A DNA stretch of 64,000 bases from an uncultured delta proteobacterium (GCA_963716725.1 CAVQUB010000008.1:224001-288000); one strand, 5' to 3'. Shown: positions 38,530 to 50,160, numbered from the stretch's first letter. The notes: a model not told the origin generated them from the sequence alone. Made by a program: numbers and translations.

Positions 38530-40047
38530 ATGGCCGTCGGAAAGGTGTGGCTGGTGGGGGCGGGCCCGGGGGATCCGGGACTCATCACCGTCCGGGGCAT
38601 GGAGCTGCTCGGCCGAGCCGACGTGGTGCTCTTCGACGCGCTCGCACACCCGTCCTTGTTGGAGGCCTGTCCTCTTGCCGAGAAGATCGACGTCGGCAAG
38701 CGTTACGGCGTCGAGAGCCCTCCGCAGGTCGAGATCAGCGAGCAGCTCATCGCTCACGCGCGTGCGGGCAAACGGGTCGTGCGCCTCAAGGGAGGCGATC
38801 CCTTCCTGTTCGCCAGGGGCTCGGAAGAAGCCACCGAGTTGGCGCGCGCCGGAGTTCCCTTCGAGATCGTGCCAGGGATCCCGTCGGCCGTCGGCGCCAG
38901 TGCGTACGCGGGCGTGTCCCTCACGCACCGCGACATGTCGTCCAGCGTCACCATCATCACCGGCAGCGACCGGGCTGGCAAAGAGTGGTCGCCCGAAGCG
39001 TGGAAGAAGCTCGCGACGGCGACCGACACCATCTGCGTGCTGATGGGGATGCGTCGCATCGAGCAGATCACCGCCGCTCTCGCTGAAGGCGGGCGCTCCG
39101 TCACCACCCCGGCTGCGGTGGTCCAATGGGGCACGCGTCCCGAACAGCGCGTGGTCGAGGGCACTCTCGGGGACATCGCGGGTCTCGCGCGCAGCGCCGG
39201 CGTGACGAACCCCGCGGTGATCATCGTGGGCGAGGTCGTCCGCCTCCGGAGCGAGCTCCGGTGGTTCGACGATCAGCCCTTGTTCGGGCGACGCATCCTG
39301 ATCCCGCGCGCGCCCAACCAAGCAGGAGCCACCGCCCGGGCGGTCCGCGCCCGCGGCGCGGAGCCGGTGGTATTCCCGGTGATTGAGATCTGTGATCCCC
39401 CGGATCCGACCCAGCTCGCTCGGGCCGCGACTGCCGCCTCGAGCTACGACTGGCTCGTCTTCACCAGCGCCAACGGCGTGGAGCGCTTCTTCGCGGCACT
39501 CTCGGCGGCGGGCCGGGACGCCCGGGCGCTCGGCGCGGCCAAGGTCGCGGTGATCGGCCCACGCACGCGGGGCGCGCTCGCAGAACGAGGAATCGTCGCC
39601 GACCTGATGGCCCACGAATACGTCGGCGAGTCGCTGGCGCAGGCGCTGCTCGACAGCGGTCCCGTCCGGAGTGTGCTCATCCCTCGTGCGCTGGTGGCGC
39701 GTGACGTGCTCCCGGAGGCGCTGCGCAAATCCGGGGCGCAGGTCGATGTCGTCGCGGCATACGAGACGAAGCCGGTGTCGTCCGATCGCGCGGAGGCGCT
39801 GCGTGAGTTGCTGAGTTCGGGCCAGGTCGATGCGGTGATGTTCACTTCTGGATCGACGGTGAACTCGATGTGTAGCCTGCTCGGCGCCGACGCCGCGGCG
39901 CTGCTCGGGGGGGTCCTGGTCGCCAGCATCGGTCCCATCACCAGCGCGGCGCTCACCGAGCACGGCGTGAAGCCGACGGTGACCGCTACCGAGTACACGG
40001 TGGACGGCCTGCTCGACGCCCTGGCGATTCATTTCGCGCCCCGCTGA
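38530..40047 (+). CDS. cobA: Fused uroporphyrinogen-III C-methyltransferase / uroporphyrinogen-III synthase (CobA/HemD)
   Basis: LVGAGPGDPGLIT, RLKGGDPF; HemD part FTSANGV, AYET, FTSGSTV. Confidence 0.93.
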   Translation: MAVGKVWLVGAGPGDPGLITVRGMELLGRADVVLFDALAHPSLLEACPLAEKIDVGKRYGVESPPQVEISEQLIAHARAGKRVVRLKGGDPFLFARGSEEATELARAGVPFEIVPGIPSAVGASAYAGVSLTHRDMSSSVTIITGSDRAGKEWSPEAWKKLATATDTICVLMGMRRIEQITAALAEGGRSVTTPAAVVQWGTRPEQRVVEGTLGDIAGLARSAGVTNPAVIIVGEVVRLRSELRWFDDQPLFGRRILIPRAPNQAGATARAVRARGAEPVVFPVIEICDPPDPTQLARAATAASSYDWLVFTSANGVERFFAALSAAGRDARALGAAKVAVIGPRTRGALAERGIVADLMAHEYVGESLAQALLDSGPVRSVLIPRALVARDVLPEALRKSGAQVDVVAAYETKPVSSDRAEALRELLSSGQVDAVMFTSGSTVNSMCSLLGADAAALLGGVLVASIGPITSAALTEHGVKPTVTATEYTVDGLLDALAIHFAPR

Positions 40048-40066
40048 GCGTGCTAGTCTAGGCAGC

Positions 40067-41620
40067 GTGGAGCCGAGTCAACTCACGCCCGGCACGACCC
40101 TCGGCGGAGATTTCCAGATCGAGCGTCCGCTCAGCGCCGGTGGCATGGGCGCGGTCTACCTCGCGGTCCAACTCAGCACGGGCAAGCAGCGGGCGCTCAA
40201 GGTCATGCACTCCTCGCTGGTCGTGGATTCGGCCATGCGCGAGCGCTTCGTGCGCGAGGCACGGGTCGGGGCCATGGTCCCGAGCGATCACGTCGTGGAG
40301 GTGGTTGGTGCCGGCGTGGATCCGCAGCTCGGCGTGCCGTGGCTCGCGATGGAGCTGCTCAGCGGCGAGAACCTCGCCCAACACGTGACGCGGCGCGGAC
40401 CTCTGCCAATCTCCGAAATAGTCGAGATATTGCGGCCCGTCTGCCACGCGCTCGGCGCGGCGCACGCGCGTGGGGTGGTTCACCGGGACATCAAGCCCGA
40501 CAACGTCTTTCTCGCGCGGACGCAGAGCACGACTCACCCGATGATCGTGAAGGTGCTCGACTTCGGGATCGCGCGCGTCGCAGCCGACGCGCAGACCGCG
40601 TCGACTGCGGCCATGGGAACGCCAATGTGGATGGCGCCCGAGCAGACGGAGCTCAAGAGTCACGTCTCTCCAGCCAGCGACGTCTGGGCGCTGGGCCTCC
40701 TGACATTTTGGCTGCTCACCGGCAGACACTACTGGCGCGCCGCGGGTCTTGGCGGCTCCGTTCCCCAGCTGATGCGTGAGATCCTATTCGAGCCGCTCGA
40801 CCCGGCCTCCTCGCGCGCTGCCGAAATTGGAGCGGCGGGAGTTCCGCAGGGCTTCGACCAATGGTTCGCTGCTTGTCTTGCGCGGGATCCCGCTCAGCGT
40901 TTCCAGAATGCGACCGATGCGGCGAACGCGCTCTTCACGGGTGTGCTCGGGGTGGCGCCAGCGCAGAGCATAGCGCCCGATCCCAGCGGCCCGAGCTGGC
41001 CGTCGTTGCCGCCGCCCTCCGTGGCCGTCGGCAACGCTACTGCGGTGCCGACCGTGGTCGCCGTGCCGGTGCGAAAGCGCAGCCCCCTGGCGCTGATCGT
41101 GGTGTTGCTGTTGGGGCTCCTCGGCTTCGGCGGAATTGCGGCGGCGCTTGCTGCCTATTTCGTATTCGGGAGCGGCGGCGCCGAGCCGCCACCGCGCGCG
41201 TCCGCGATCGCCGTGGCGCCGGCCTCGGCAGCGCCCGATCTGCCCGACCCCCAAGCGAGCGCGGGGCCTCCCGAAGCATCGGTCAAGCCGACGTCGACCA
41301 AAAAACCTCCAACTGGGCCCGCGTCACCCGCCAGCTCCGCGCCTCCAGCGCTCGGGCCCTACGACGCCAAGGCTGCGATGAACTCGGTGCAGCGCCTGGC
41401 CAAGTCCTCCAACTTCGGCTGTAGGCACATGCAAGGGGGCGGCGGGTACAGCGGAACGGTCACCTTCGGTCCCAACGGACGACCCGTCCGGGTGACCGTC
41501 GACCCGGTGTTCCCAATTTCCCAGCGCGGGCCTTGCGTTCGATCCCACGTGTCCGGGGCGACAGTCTCGCCCTACGCTGGCAAGGAGACCCACGACGTGC
41601 CCTACGCGGTCTCGTTCTGA
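40067..41620 (+). CDS. Membrane Ser/Thr protein kinase
   Basis: HRDIKPDN, DFG, GTPMWMAPE, TM. Confidence 0.92.
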   Translation: MEPSQLTPGTTLGGDFQIERPLSAGGMGAVYLAVQLSTGKQRALKVMHSSLVVDSAMRERFVREARVGAMVPSDHVVEVVGAGVDPQLGVPWLAMELLSGENLAQHVTRRGPLPISEIVEILRPVCHALGAAHARGVVHRDIKPDNVFLARTQSTTHPMIVKVLDFGIARVAADAQTASTAAMGTPMWMAPEQTELKSHVSPASDVWALGLLTFWLLTGRHYWRAAGLGGSVPQLMREILFEPLDPASSRAAEIGAAGVPQGFDQWFAACLARDPAQRFQNATDAANALFTGVLGVAPAQSIAPDPSGPSWPSLPPPSVAVGNATAVPTVVAVPVRKRSPLALIVVLLLGLLGFGGIAAALAAYFVFGSGGAEPPPRASAIAVAPASAAPDLPDPQASAGPPEASVKPTSTKKPPTGPASPASSAPPALGPYDAKAAMNSVQRLAKSSNFGCRHMQGGGGYSGTVTFGPNGRPVRVTVDPVFPISQRGPCVRSHVSGATVSPYAGKETHDVPYAVSF

Positions 41621-41663
41621 CCCGCTAGGCAGTCTTTGCCGGCTGTGCGATAAATCGCGGTCC

Positions 41664-42995
<1,332 letters not shown>

Positions 42996-43043
42996 ACACT
43001 CGCTCGGGCGGTCTCTTCCTGGAAATCTGGGATAATCGCCGGC

Positions 43044-44639
43044 ATGTCCCCGGTCGGCTCTGCGCTGGACCTCACCGTGCTCGGCGAGATCGCCAGCGGC
43101 GGCATGGGCACCGTCGAGCTGGCGCGGCTGAGCGATCCAGATGGCGACCGTCTGGTCGCGGTCAAGCGCATGCACCCGGAGTACGCCCGCGATCCGGAGT
43201 TCGTCCGGATGTTTCGCGACGAGATCTGGCTGACGGGCTCGCTCAACCACCCGAACGTCGTCGGCCTGGTCGGCTGGGGCGAGGACGAAGCCGGGCCCTA
43301 CTTGGTCATGGAGTACCTCGACGGCGTCGCGCTCGCGCGGATTGCCTTGCTCGGCCTCCGCGCTGGGGAACCGATCCCCATCGAACTCACCGCACACGTG
43401 ATCGCGCGCTGCGCCGAGGGCTTGCATGCGGCGCACTCGCTGACCGACGACGCGGGGCGCGCCCTGGACATCGTCCATCGCGACGTCACGCCGAGCAACA
43501 TCTTGATCGGATTCGACGGGAGCGTGAAGGTCACCGACTTTGGCATCGCCAAAGCCACTGGCAAGAGTTCCCAGACGCGCACTGGGATCATCAAGGGCAA
43601 GATCGCCTACATGTCTCCGGAGTACGCGCTGAGGCGTGGCGTAGACGGGCGTGCGGATCTCTATTCGCTGGGCATCGTGATGTTCGAGCTGTGCTCCGGG
43701 GCGGTGCCTTTCGCCGCGAAGGGTGATCTCGAGCTGCTCAAGCTGGTCGCCTACGCCAGCACACCGAGCCTCGGCACGGTCGCGCCCGACGTGGACGCCG
43801 GCTACGCGCAGGTGGTCGATCGGCTGCTGGCAAAGAATCCGGAGGATCGCTTCGGTGACGGAGCGGAGCTCGCGGGGGCGCTCGACGCGTGGCTCTCGGC
43901 TCGGGGTCGAGCGCCGGCGGACCTCGAGGCCGAGCTCGTCGACTACGCCGGCCGCTACGCCGGTGCGACTCGGCAGCGACTCGCGCTGATGGTCGAGCAA
44001 GACGCGAACGCTGGGCCGGGCTCCGCGGATTCGCCGCCGCGTCCGCGCTTCGAGACTCGCACCCTGACTCTGTTTCGGCCCCGCGCGCGTGAGCGCGAGC
44101 CACGCGAGCAGCGCACTCGGCGGGACGACGAGCGTCCGCGTACCCGGCGCGTGGCAATGTCCGGCTACCCACCCCCGCCCTCGGAGTCCGCCTCCGCCGG
44201 CGTGCATGCCCCACCCGAACTCGCGGTCGATGTGGGGGCGCGTCTCTCGCAACCGCCGCCGCTGGTGAGCGCCACCAGCAAGCAGTCTTCGGCGGTCGTC
44301 GGAGGGGTCATCGCCGGCAGCTTGTTGGCGCTGCTCCTGGTGATCTTCTCGGTGCTCGCCTCCAGCCGCGACGTGCCGAAGGGCTCCGCGGTCAGCCCAC
44401 CCCCCGAACCGCCGACGACGGCTGGGTCCGGCGCCGAGCCAGCCATTGCCCCGCTCGAGTCACTGCCTGTCGAACCCGAGATGCCGCCCCCGGCCGTGGA
44501 CAGCGCGCCCCCACCGCCAAAACTGCCCCCGGCGACTGGCAAGGCGAAGCCAACCCCCGCTAGAGTTCCAAGACCTAGCCAAGGGACCCGACCCTGCACG
44601 CCCGACAGCTTCGACTACCCCGCCTGCCTCAAGCGCTGA
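43044..44639 (+). CDS. Membrane Ser/Thr protein kinase
   Basis: HRDVTPSN, DFG, GKIAYMSPE, TM. Confidence 0.92.
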   Translation: MSPVGSALDLTVLGEIASGGMGTVELARLSDPDGDRLVAVKRMHPEYARDPEFVRMFRDEIWLTGSLNHPNVVGLVGWGEDEAGPYLVMEYLDGVALARIALLGLRAGEPIPIELTAHVIARCAEGLHAAHSLTDDAGRALDIVHRDVTPSNILIGFDGSVKVTDFGIAKATGKSSQTRTGIIKGKIAYMSPEYALRRGVDGRADLYSLGIVMFELCSGAVPFAAKGDLELLKLVAYASTPSLGTVAPDVDAGYAQVVDRLLAKNPEDRFGDGAELAGALDAWLSARGRAPADLEAELVDYAGRYAGATRQRLALMVEQDANAGPGSADSPPRPRFETRTLTLFRPRAREREPREQRTRRDDERPRTRRVAMSGYPPPPSESASAGVHAPPELAVDVGARLSQPPPLVSATSKQSSAVVGGVIAGSLLALLLVIFSVLASSRDVPKGSAVSPPPEPPTTAGSGAEPAIAPLESLPVEPEMPPPAVDSAPPPPKLPPATGKAKPTPARVPRPSQGTRPCTPDSFDYPACLKR

Positions 44640-44665
44640 GCCGGATCTGGTGCGTCTGCGCGCTC

Positions 44666-45400
44666 TTGGTTCTTCACGCATGCCCGGCGAAGTCGGAGGA
44701 GATGTCATGCCCCATCGACACCGGCAATCCGCGCGAGATGGAAGACAAGGGGCGCACGCTCTTCGACGAAGCGCTGCGCCGGGAGGCCGCTGATCCCCGC
44801 GGTGCGCTCGAGCTGCTCTCGTGCGCGCAACGCATCGCGGACAAGCCCGCCGTGTCGCTGCGAGTCGGGCTGATAGCCGAGCGCCTCGGCAACAAACGGT
44901 TGGCGGCCGAGTCCTACGAACGCTACCTGGCCCTGGCCGGCGACGCCGCGCCCGACCGAGTCGCGCTCGGTGGACACATAGAAAAACTCCGGAGCGCTCT
45001 GGCTCAGGCTGCTCGGGTTCCGCGCGCAGATCCCGCGCCGACTCCGGCCCCCGAGCCGCCGGCGCCCGAGCGCAGATCGTCCCCAACTCTGGGCTACATC
45101 AGCGTGGCCGTCGGAAGCGTGCTGATGATCGGGGGCGCGGTCTTCGTCGCCTCGGCCAAGTCCAAGAGCGACGACGTGCACGCCATCGAACCGGGAACGA
45201 CCTTCTGGAACACGACCGAAGCGCGTGGCGAGTTCGACGCGGCGAAGCGGCAGCAGACACTTGGGATCGTAACGGTCGCCACTGGAGCCGTCGTCACGGG
45301 CCTTGGCGTGTGGCTCCTGCTCGACGACAAGCGTGGTGTGTCGGCGACGGCGCGCGTGGGTCCAAAGTCGTCCGCCGCCGCGCTTCGGGTGCGCTTTTAG
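44666..45400 (+). CDS. Myxobacterial TPR-like exported/membrane protein (start uncertain)
   Basis: TPR-like YERYLAL, Pro linker, two hydrophobic helices, C-terminal RVRF. Confidence 0.6.
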   Translation: MVLHACPAKSEEMSCPIDTGNPREMEDKGRTLFDEALRREAADPRGALELLSCAQRIADKPAVSLRVGLIAERLGNKRLAAESYERYLALAGDAAPDRVALGGHIEKLRSALAQAARVPRADPAPTPAPEPPAPERRSSPTLGYISVAVGSVLMIGGAVFVASAKSKSDDVHAIEPGTTFWNTTEARGEFDAAKRQQTLGIVTVATGAVVTGLGVWLLLDDKRGVSATARVGPKSSAAALRVRF

Positions 45401-45401
45401 C

Positions 45402-46322
45402 GTGGCCAACCTGCTCCTGGTGGTGGTGTGCCTGCTCGCGGGCGCGTTGATGCGTAGGAGCGGACGTTTGCCAGATGCGTCGCCGGTGGTTGCCACCCGC
45501 ATCGTGATCGATTTGGCGTTGCCCGCCCTCACGCTCGTCAGCGTGCACGAGCTCACGCTGGTCCCGAATCAATGGACCAATCTCGGAATTGCTTTTGGAA
45601 CACCCTTCGTCGCCTTTGCCGTCGCGGCCCTCGCCTTGGGGGCTTTTGCGCGGGTCTTCGGCTGGACCCGTCAAGTCACCGCCTGCCTCTTGCTCACGGC
45701 GGGCCTCGCCAATACCTCGTTTGTCGGTTTCCCATTGGTGGAGGCCCTGTGGGGGCGTGAGGGTCTGGCGCTGGCGGTGTGGGTCGATCAAGGACAGTTC
45801 TTCGTGCTCTCGACCTTCGGCGCCATCACGGCCAGCGTCGGCGTTGGTCGTGGCAGTCCGCGCTGGGGCGAGCTGGCGCGCCGGGTCGTCGCCTTTCCGC
45901 CCTTCTTCGCGTTTGTGCTGGCGGTAGCGCTCTGGCCGGTGACATTCCCGGCGGTCGTGGTCGGCTCGCTCGAGAAGCTTGCCGCGCTCGTGGTGCCCCT
46001 CGCGCTGTTCGCTGTCGGCTGGCAGCTGCGCCTCGATCCAAGAGTGCTTGGTGAGCACGCGCGCCCCCTCGTGATCGGACTTGGTGTGCGCCTCGCGCTC
46101 GTGCCGCTGATCGTCTACCTCATCGTGCAGCGCGCGCTGGGTTCAACCGGGCTCGCGGGCGACGTCGCGGTGGCGGAGGCCGCGATGGCGCCGATGATCA
46201 CCGGCGCCTTGCTGGCGATGGAGCACGAGCTGTCGCCGCGCCTAGCCACCGCCATGGTGGGGATCGGCGTCCCGCTCTCGCTGGTCACCGTGCCGCTCTG
46301 GGCGTGGTTGCTCAGGGGTTGA
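45402..46322 (+). CDS. AEC (auxin efflux carrier) family transporter
   Basis: ALPAL, NTSFVGFPLV, AAMAP; multiple TM segments. Confidence 0.85.
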   Translation: MANLLLVVVCLLAGALMRRSGRLPDASPVVATRIVIDLALPALTLVSVHELTLVPNQWTNLGIAFGTPFVAFAVAALALGAFARVFGWTRQVTACLLLTAGLANTSFVGFPLVEALWGREGLALAVWVDQGQFFVLSTFGAITASVGVGRGSPRWGELARRVVAFPPFFAFVLAVALWPVTFPAVVVGSLEKLAALVVPLALFAVGWQLRLDPRVLGEHARPLVIGLGVRLALVPLIVYLIVQRALGSTGLAGDVAVAEAAMAPMITGALLAMEHELSPRLATAMVGIGVPLSLVTVPLWAWLLRG

Positions 46323-47244
46323 CCACGAAGCGCCGCTCGCCATTCTCGAAGAACGCTACGATCTGCCGGGCCGCGGCCAAGCCAGCGTTCACGTTGGCTT
46401 CACCCGTCTGGGCTCCGAGTTTGACCGGCGTCAGGTAGACCCGCGTTGGGTACTTCTCTTTGATGATCGCCAAGGTCTCGGCAGAGGGAGCGATGTCGCT
46501 CACGTAGCGGAAGTCCTCGCGCTGCTCGAGCACCGCCAGCAATTCAGCTTCGTTGATCACCTCTTTGCGCGCCGTGTTGATCAGGGTCGCGCCCTTCGGC
46601 ATGCGCATCAGGCGGTCTTTGCCAATGGACCCTCTGGTCTCGGCGGTCGCCGGGATGTGCAGCGACACGTAGCGCGCCTGCTCGTAGAGGGCGTCGACCG
46701 ACGCGGCAGGCTCCACGCCCAGGGCCGTCATCGCGTCGGCACCAACGAAGGGATCGAAGGCGATCACGTTCATGCCGAAGCCCTTGGCGATGCCCGCGAC
46801 CGCGCGCCCCACCGCGCCGAAGGCGTGCAGGCCCAGGGTCTTGCCCTTGAGCTCCGAGCCGGTCGTGCCATCGAGGAAGTTCCTCGCGCTCATCACCATC
46901 ATCGCGGCCACCAGTTCGGCGACGGCGTTGGCGTTCTGGCCGGGCGTGTTCATCACGGCGACGCCGCGCTCCTTGGCGGTCTTGATGTCCACGTTGTCGT
47001 AGCCAGCTCCGGCGCGCACGACCAGCGCGAGCTTCCCGGCAGCAGCCAGGACCTCGGCATCGATCCCGTCGCTGCGAATGATCAGCGCGTCCGCGCTCGC
47101 CGCGGCCTCGACCAGCGGGCCTTTGCCGCTGTACTTCTCCAAGGCGACCGCGTCGTAACCGGCCTCCTTCAAGATGGCCAGGATCTGATCGCGGGCCGCA
47201 GCCGAAAACGGCTTCTCAGTGGCGAGGACAACACGCTTTTGCAC
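46312..47244 (-). CDS. serA: D-3-phosphoglycerate dehydrogenase-like (short, Lys-type)
   Basis: RAGAGYDNVD, MNTPGQNANAVAEL, INTAR, TPVKLGAQT; GAAGGAG RBS before GTG 47244. Confidence 0.8.
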   Translation of the reverse strand: MQKRVVLATEKPFSAAARDQILAILKEAGYDAVALEKYSGKGPLVEAAASADALIIRSDGIDAEVLAAAGKLALVVRAGAGYDNVDIKTAKERGVAVMNTPGQNANAVAELVAAMMVMSARNFLDGTTGSELKGKTLGLHAFGAVGRAVAGIAKGFGMNVIAFDPFVGADAMTALGVEPAASVDALYEQARYVSLHIPATAETRGSIGKDRLMRMPKGATLINTARKEVINEAELLAVLEQREDFRYVSDIAPSAETLAIIKEKYPTRVYLTPVKLGAQTGEANVNAGLAAARQIVAFFENGERRFVVNP

Positions 47245-47308
47245 GGGGACTCCTTCTCGAGGTGGCGCTCTCGTAGCGCGGGCCTCACGCGCCCGCAACC
47301 GGTCCCCG

Positions 47309-47872
47309 TCAGCCCCACTCGCAGAGGTACTCGCAGAGCCCGTCGCCGCGTGCGCGGCACTTGGTGTGGGTCACGCGAGGATTGCGTCCGCCGCACATCT
47401 CGATGGCCTTCTCGTGCCAGCCGATCACCGTGAGGCAGTCCCAAGGCGAGAAGGTCTTGCTCTGGAGCGTGCGCAGGACGGCCTTGCGGCCACCGGAGGC
47501 GTGATAGGTGCGCGAGCCGGTGTCGTAATAGAGCCGATAGATGGCGGACGCGCTCCGCAGCAGACCGTGCGGGTCGCGTCCCTCGACGAAGAGCTTCTGC
47601 GTATCGCCCAGGTTGAACTCCGCCGAGCGGGCCCCCATCAGCTTGAAGGTCGCCTCCCCGCCGCCGAGCTCCGCGGCGATGGCGACGTCGAGTCGTTCTC
47701 CCGCCTCGAAGGGGTACCAGACGTTCGAGACCACGGTGCCGCCGAACAGCTGCTGGTCTTCGGCGGTCAAGGTCCGGAGGACACGCTGCACGGCCTCGTC
47801 GCCCTTCTCCTTCCGCACGAACGCGAGCCGCGAGAGGATCACGCTGCCGCGAGTGGATCCGGTCTTGGTCAC
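47309..47872 (-). CDS. Myxococcal TIGR02265/DUF2378-like (V4R-type) protein
   Basis: RGSVI.., WYP, YYDTG, GW, CRARGDGLCEY..W. Confidence 0.7.
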   Translation of the reverse strand: MTKTGSTRGSVILSRLAFVRKEKGDEAVQRVLRTLTAEDQQLFGGTVVSNVWYPFEAGERLDVAIAAELGGGEATFKLMGARSAEFNLGDTQKLFVEGRDPHGLLRSASAIYRLYYDTGSRTYHASGGRKAVLRTLQSKTFSPWDCLTVIGWHEKAIEMCGGRNPRVTHTKCRARGDGLCEYLCEWG

Positions 47873-47916
47873 GAGGGCCCCATGATATCCGCCGTGCGGT
47901 TCCAAGTCCTGGGTTT

Positions 47917-48459
47917 TCAGGCTTCGACCAGGCTCGAGCGCGCGATCTCGCCCGAGAGCGTGTCCGTGCCAAGGCTGACGTACAGGTGCGCATCGGTACG
48001 AGTGAGCTCGAAGCTCAGGTTCCGTTCGAGCTTCAGCTCGAACGCGTCGACCAGCCCAGGGTCGACGGCGTACACCTCGATGGCGGCCGCCCGGTGAATG
48101 GCCCCGGCTTCTCGTCGGAGCGGCGTCGAATCCGCGGTCGTGAACAGAGCTACTCTCGGCGCAGCCTTGGAGGCCTTGTGGAGCCGCTCGGCGGAGGGCG
48201 AGCCCACGTCGATCCAAGCCTTCAACAGCCCGGTGGGATCGTGGATGGACACCGGCGCCTCTTCGGTGGACGAGATGCCGCCCTTGCTGAAGGCGATGCC
48301 TTCTTCATAGGAGAGGCAGTAGGCCAGCATTCGCGTGAGCAGATAGCGAGCGCTCTCCGAGGGGTGTCGGGCCAATCGCAGGTCGAGCGACTCGTACACG
48401 CCGCGGTCGACGTCCGAAACGTTCACCTGCCAGCGGTAGATGGTGGCGGAGAGCGCCAT
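47917..48459 (-). CDS. yaeQ: YaeQ family protein
   Basis: MALSATIY, SDVDRGVY, ARHPSE, WIDVGSP..RLHKA. Confidence 0.9.
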   Translation of the reverse strand: MALSATIYRWQVNVSDVDRGVYESLDLRLARHPSESARYLLTRMLAYCLSYEEGIAFSKGGISSTEEAPVSIHDPTGLLKAWIDVGSPSAERLHKASKAAPRVALFTTADSTPLRREAGAIHRAAAIEVYAVDPGLVDAFELKLERNLSFELTRTDAHLYVSLGTDTLSGEIARSSLVEA

Positions 48460-48651
48460 GGTCAGCGCGACCAACCAGAGTCCCGAGCGCCGTCAGCGAC
48501 TGACCCAAGACGTCGCGTGAGGGTGCGGGAATGAGATGCCCGGGCTGAGACTTCGTCCTTCGGGTCTCGTTTTTCTTGCGACGAGCGTCCGCGCTGGGGC
48601 TCAACGCAGTAGCACCGGCGACTGAATGCTTGGGCTGAGCTCGAGGACCAA

Positions 48652-49002
48652 ATGACTTTTCGACACCTCATTCCGCTGTATTTCTCCCTGGCCGCGAGCG
48701 CGCTCGGCGCTTGTCTGCCCACGGTGACAGCCAGTCCCGAGGGGCGGCAAGTGAAATTGATGAAGGCCGATCCGCCCGCTGCCTGCGAAGAACTAGGAGA
48801 CGTGGAGGGCTCCGACTCCGCGTTCACGGAGTCGGGCGTGAACCACGAATCCGCCAAGGCGCGCCTGAAGAACGCGGCCGCAAGCAAGGGAGCAAACTAC
48901 GTGCGGATGGAAACCGCCGAGAAATCCGGCGCGACACTGCGCTTGCATGGAACTGCCTACCGCTGCCCGTCATCGCTGAGGTCCGCCGAACCGACGCAAT
49001 GA
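48652..49002 (+). CDS. Small lipoprotein (DUF4156-like)
   Basis: LGAC lipobox; C..LGDVEG; LKNAAA..GANYV; AYRCP. Confidence 0.7.
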   Translation: MTFRHLIPLYFSLAASALGACLPTVTASPEGRQVKLMKADPPAACEELGDVEGSDSAFTESGVNHESAKARLKNAAASKGANYVRMETAEKSGATLRLHGTAYRCPSSLRSAEPTQ

Positions 49003-49014
49003 CGCCAAGCTCGG

Positions 49015-49084
49015 CGGTGGTCGCAGCCCGTTGCACGCGGGGAACTGACCGCGACGCGGCCGGAACGGTGGTCGCAGCCCGTTG
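49015..49084. repeat. Intergenic perfect 19-bp direct repeat, 2 copies
   Basis: cggtggtcgcagcccgttg at 49015-49033 and 49066-49084. Confidence 0.85.
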
Positions 49085-49210
49085 TCGTCTGCCTCCCGAC
49101 CTGCAAGTAGCCCGCCCACTCGCCGCGCTGGGCCACAACACCGGGCCTCCGCCTCGAATATTCCCCCGAAGGCCCTTCCGTCCGGCGTCACTTGCGCGAC
49201 AATCCGGGTC

Positions 49211-50038
49211 GTGTACCTGATCGCGCTGACTCGCTGGGGTCCAGCTGGAACGCCTCCCCCGCACCCGAGCACCGAGCTGCTCGCCGCCGAGGTGAGCGCC
49301 CTCACGCCCTTGCTGGGCATGGGCGTTTACGAGTTGCGCCTCGCGCTCTCGGGACCCCTGCCCCTGGTGCTGCTCGAGACCGAAGACGCCGAGCGCGCGC
49401 GCACGCTCTTGGCGTCGCTGCGAGGGCGGGGGCACGGCGCCGTGGCCTGTGACGCGGCGAGCGTCAGCTCGTCTGCGGACATGCTGCGCCCGAAGAGTTT
49501 CGTCTTCGAACCCGGTGCCATCGCCTTCGAAACCCCCGGCGCCGCGCTGGTGCGCGTGGGCCCAGCGGAAGTCCTGGCGCTCGTCGTGGCCACCCACGCC
49601 CGGGAGGAAGACAGCGATCGGGAGGTCCGCGAGAAGAAGCTCAGCCTGGGCCGCGCCGCCATGACCGGCGGCCTCGTCCGATCGAAGACCAGGACCGTCA
49701 CCGAGCGCGGCTCGACGCGGGAGTCGGAGCGGGTTCTGTATCTGTTGAAACGCTCGGGATCCGGGCACGTCTTGCTGCGCGAGACACGACTGCACTACTC
49801 GGGCCTCGGGCCGCGCATGGGTCACAGCGCCATCGAGAGCTTCTCGACACTCCTCGCAGCGTTGCGCGAGCGGGCCCCGCAGGCTCTTCACGACGAGCGC
49901 CTGCTCAAGCAGCGGGCGAGCGGGTCGCTCCAGGTTTCGCGGACCAGCACCTCGCGGACCGTGACCACCAGCAACGAGGGGGAGGTCGACATCGCGGTTC
50001 ACCTCTTGGCGGTGGCGTTCTTGCAGTCGCAGATCTGA
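49211..50038 (+). CDS. Hypothetical protein
   Basis: Long ORF filling the gap; start set at GTG 49211. Confidence 0.6.
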   Translation: MYLIALTRWGPAGTPPPHPSTELLAAEVSALTPLLGMGVYELRLALSGPLPLVLLETEDAERARTLLASLRGRGHGAVACDAASVSSSADMLRPKSFVFEPGAIAFETPGAALVRVGPAEVLALVVATHAREEDSDREVREKKLSLGRAAMTGGLVRSKTRTVTERGSTRESERVLYLLKRSGSGHVLLRETRLHYSGLGPRMGHSAIESFSTLLAALRERAPQALHDERLLKQRASGSLQVSRTSTSRTVTTSNEGEVDIAVHLLAVAFLQSQI

Positions 50039-50062
50039 GCGGGCGCAGCGGCTCTGGTTTGG

Positions 50063-50079
50063 TGCACCAGATGGGTGCG
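50063..50079 (+). promoter_or_regulatory. Putative enhancer-binding-protein site (NtrC-like)
   Basis: TGCACC-agatg-GGTGCG inverted repeat upstream of the sigma-54 promoter. Confidence 0.5.
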
Positions 50080-50118
50080 CAGTCGGCAAGACCAGGACAT
50101 TTCTCGGCGTTTTCTCCC

Positions 50119-50134
50119 CGGCACGCCCTTCGCA
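50119..50134 (+). promoter_or_regulatory. Putative sigma-54 (-24/-12) promoter
   Basis: CGGCACG-CCCT-TCGCA (GG-N10-GC), followed by RBS GGAGGA and ATG 50161. Confidence 0.6.
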
Positions 50135-50160
50135 ATGGGTGGTGCCAGGAGGAAACACAG

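Noticed and set aside
38293..40032. N-terminal ~580 aa of the 889-aa minus-strand ORF
   Set aside because: Antisense shadow of cobA/hemD; only 37363..38292 looks like a real gene
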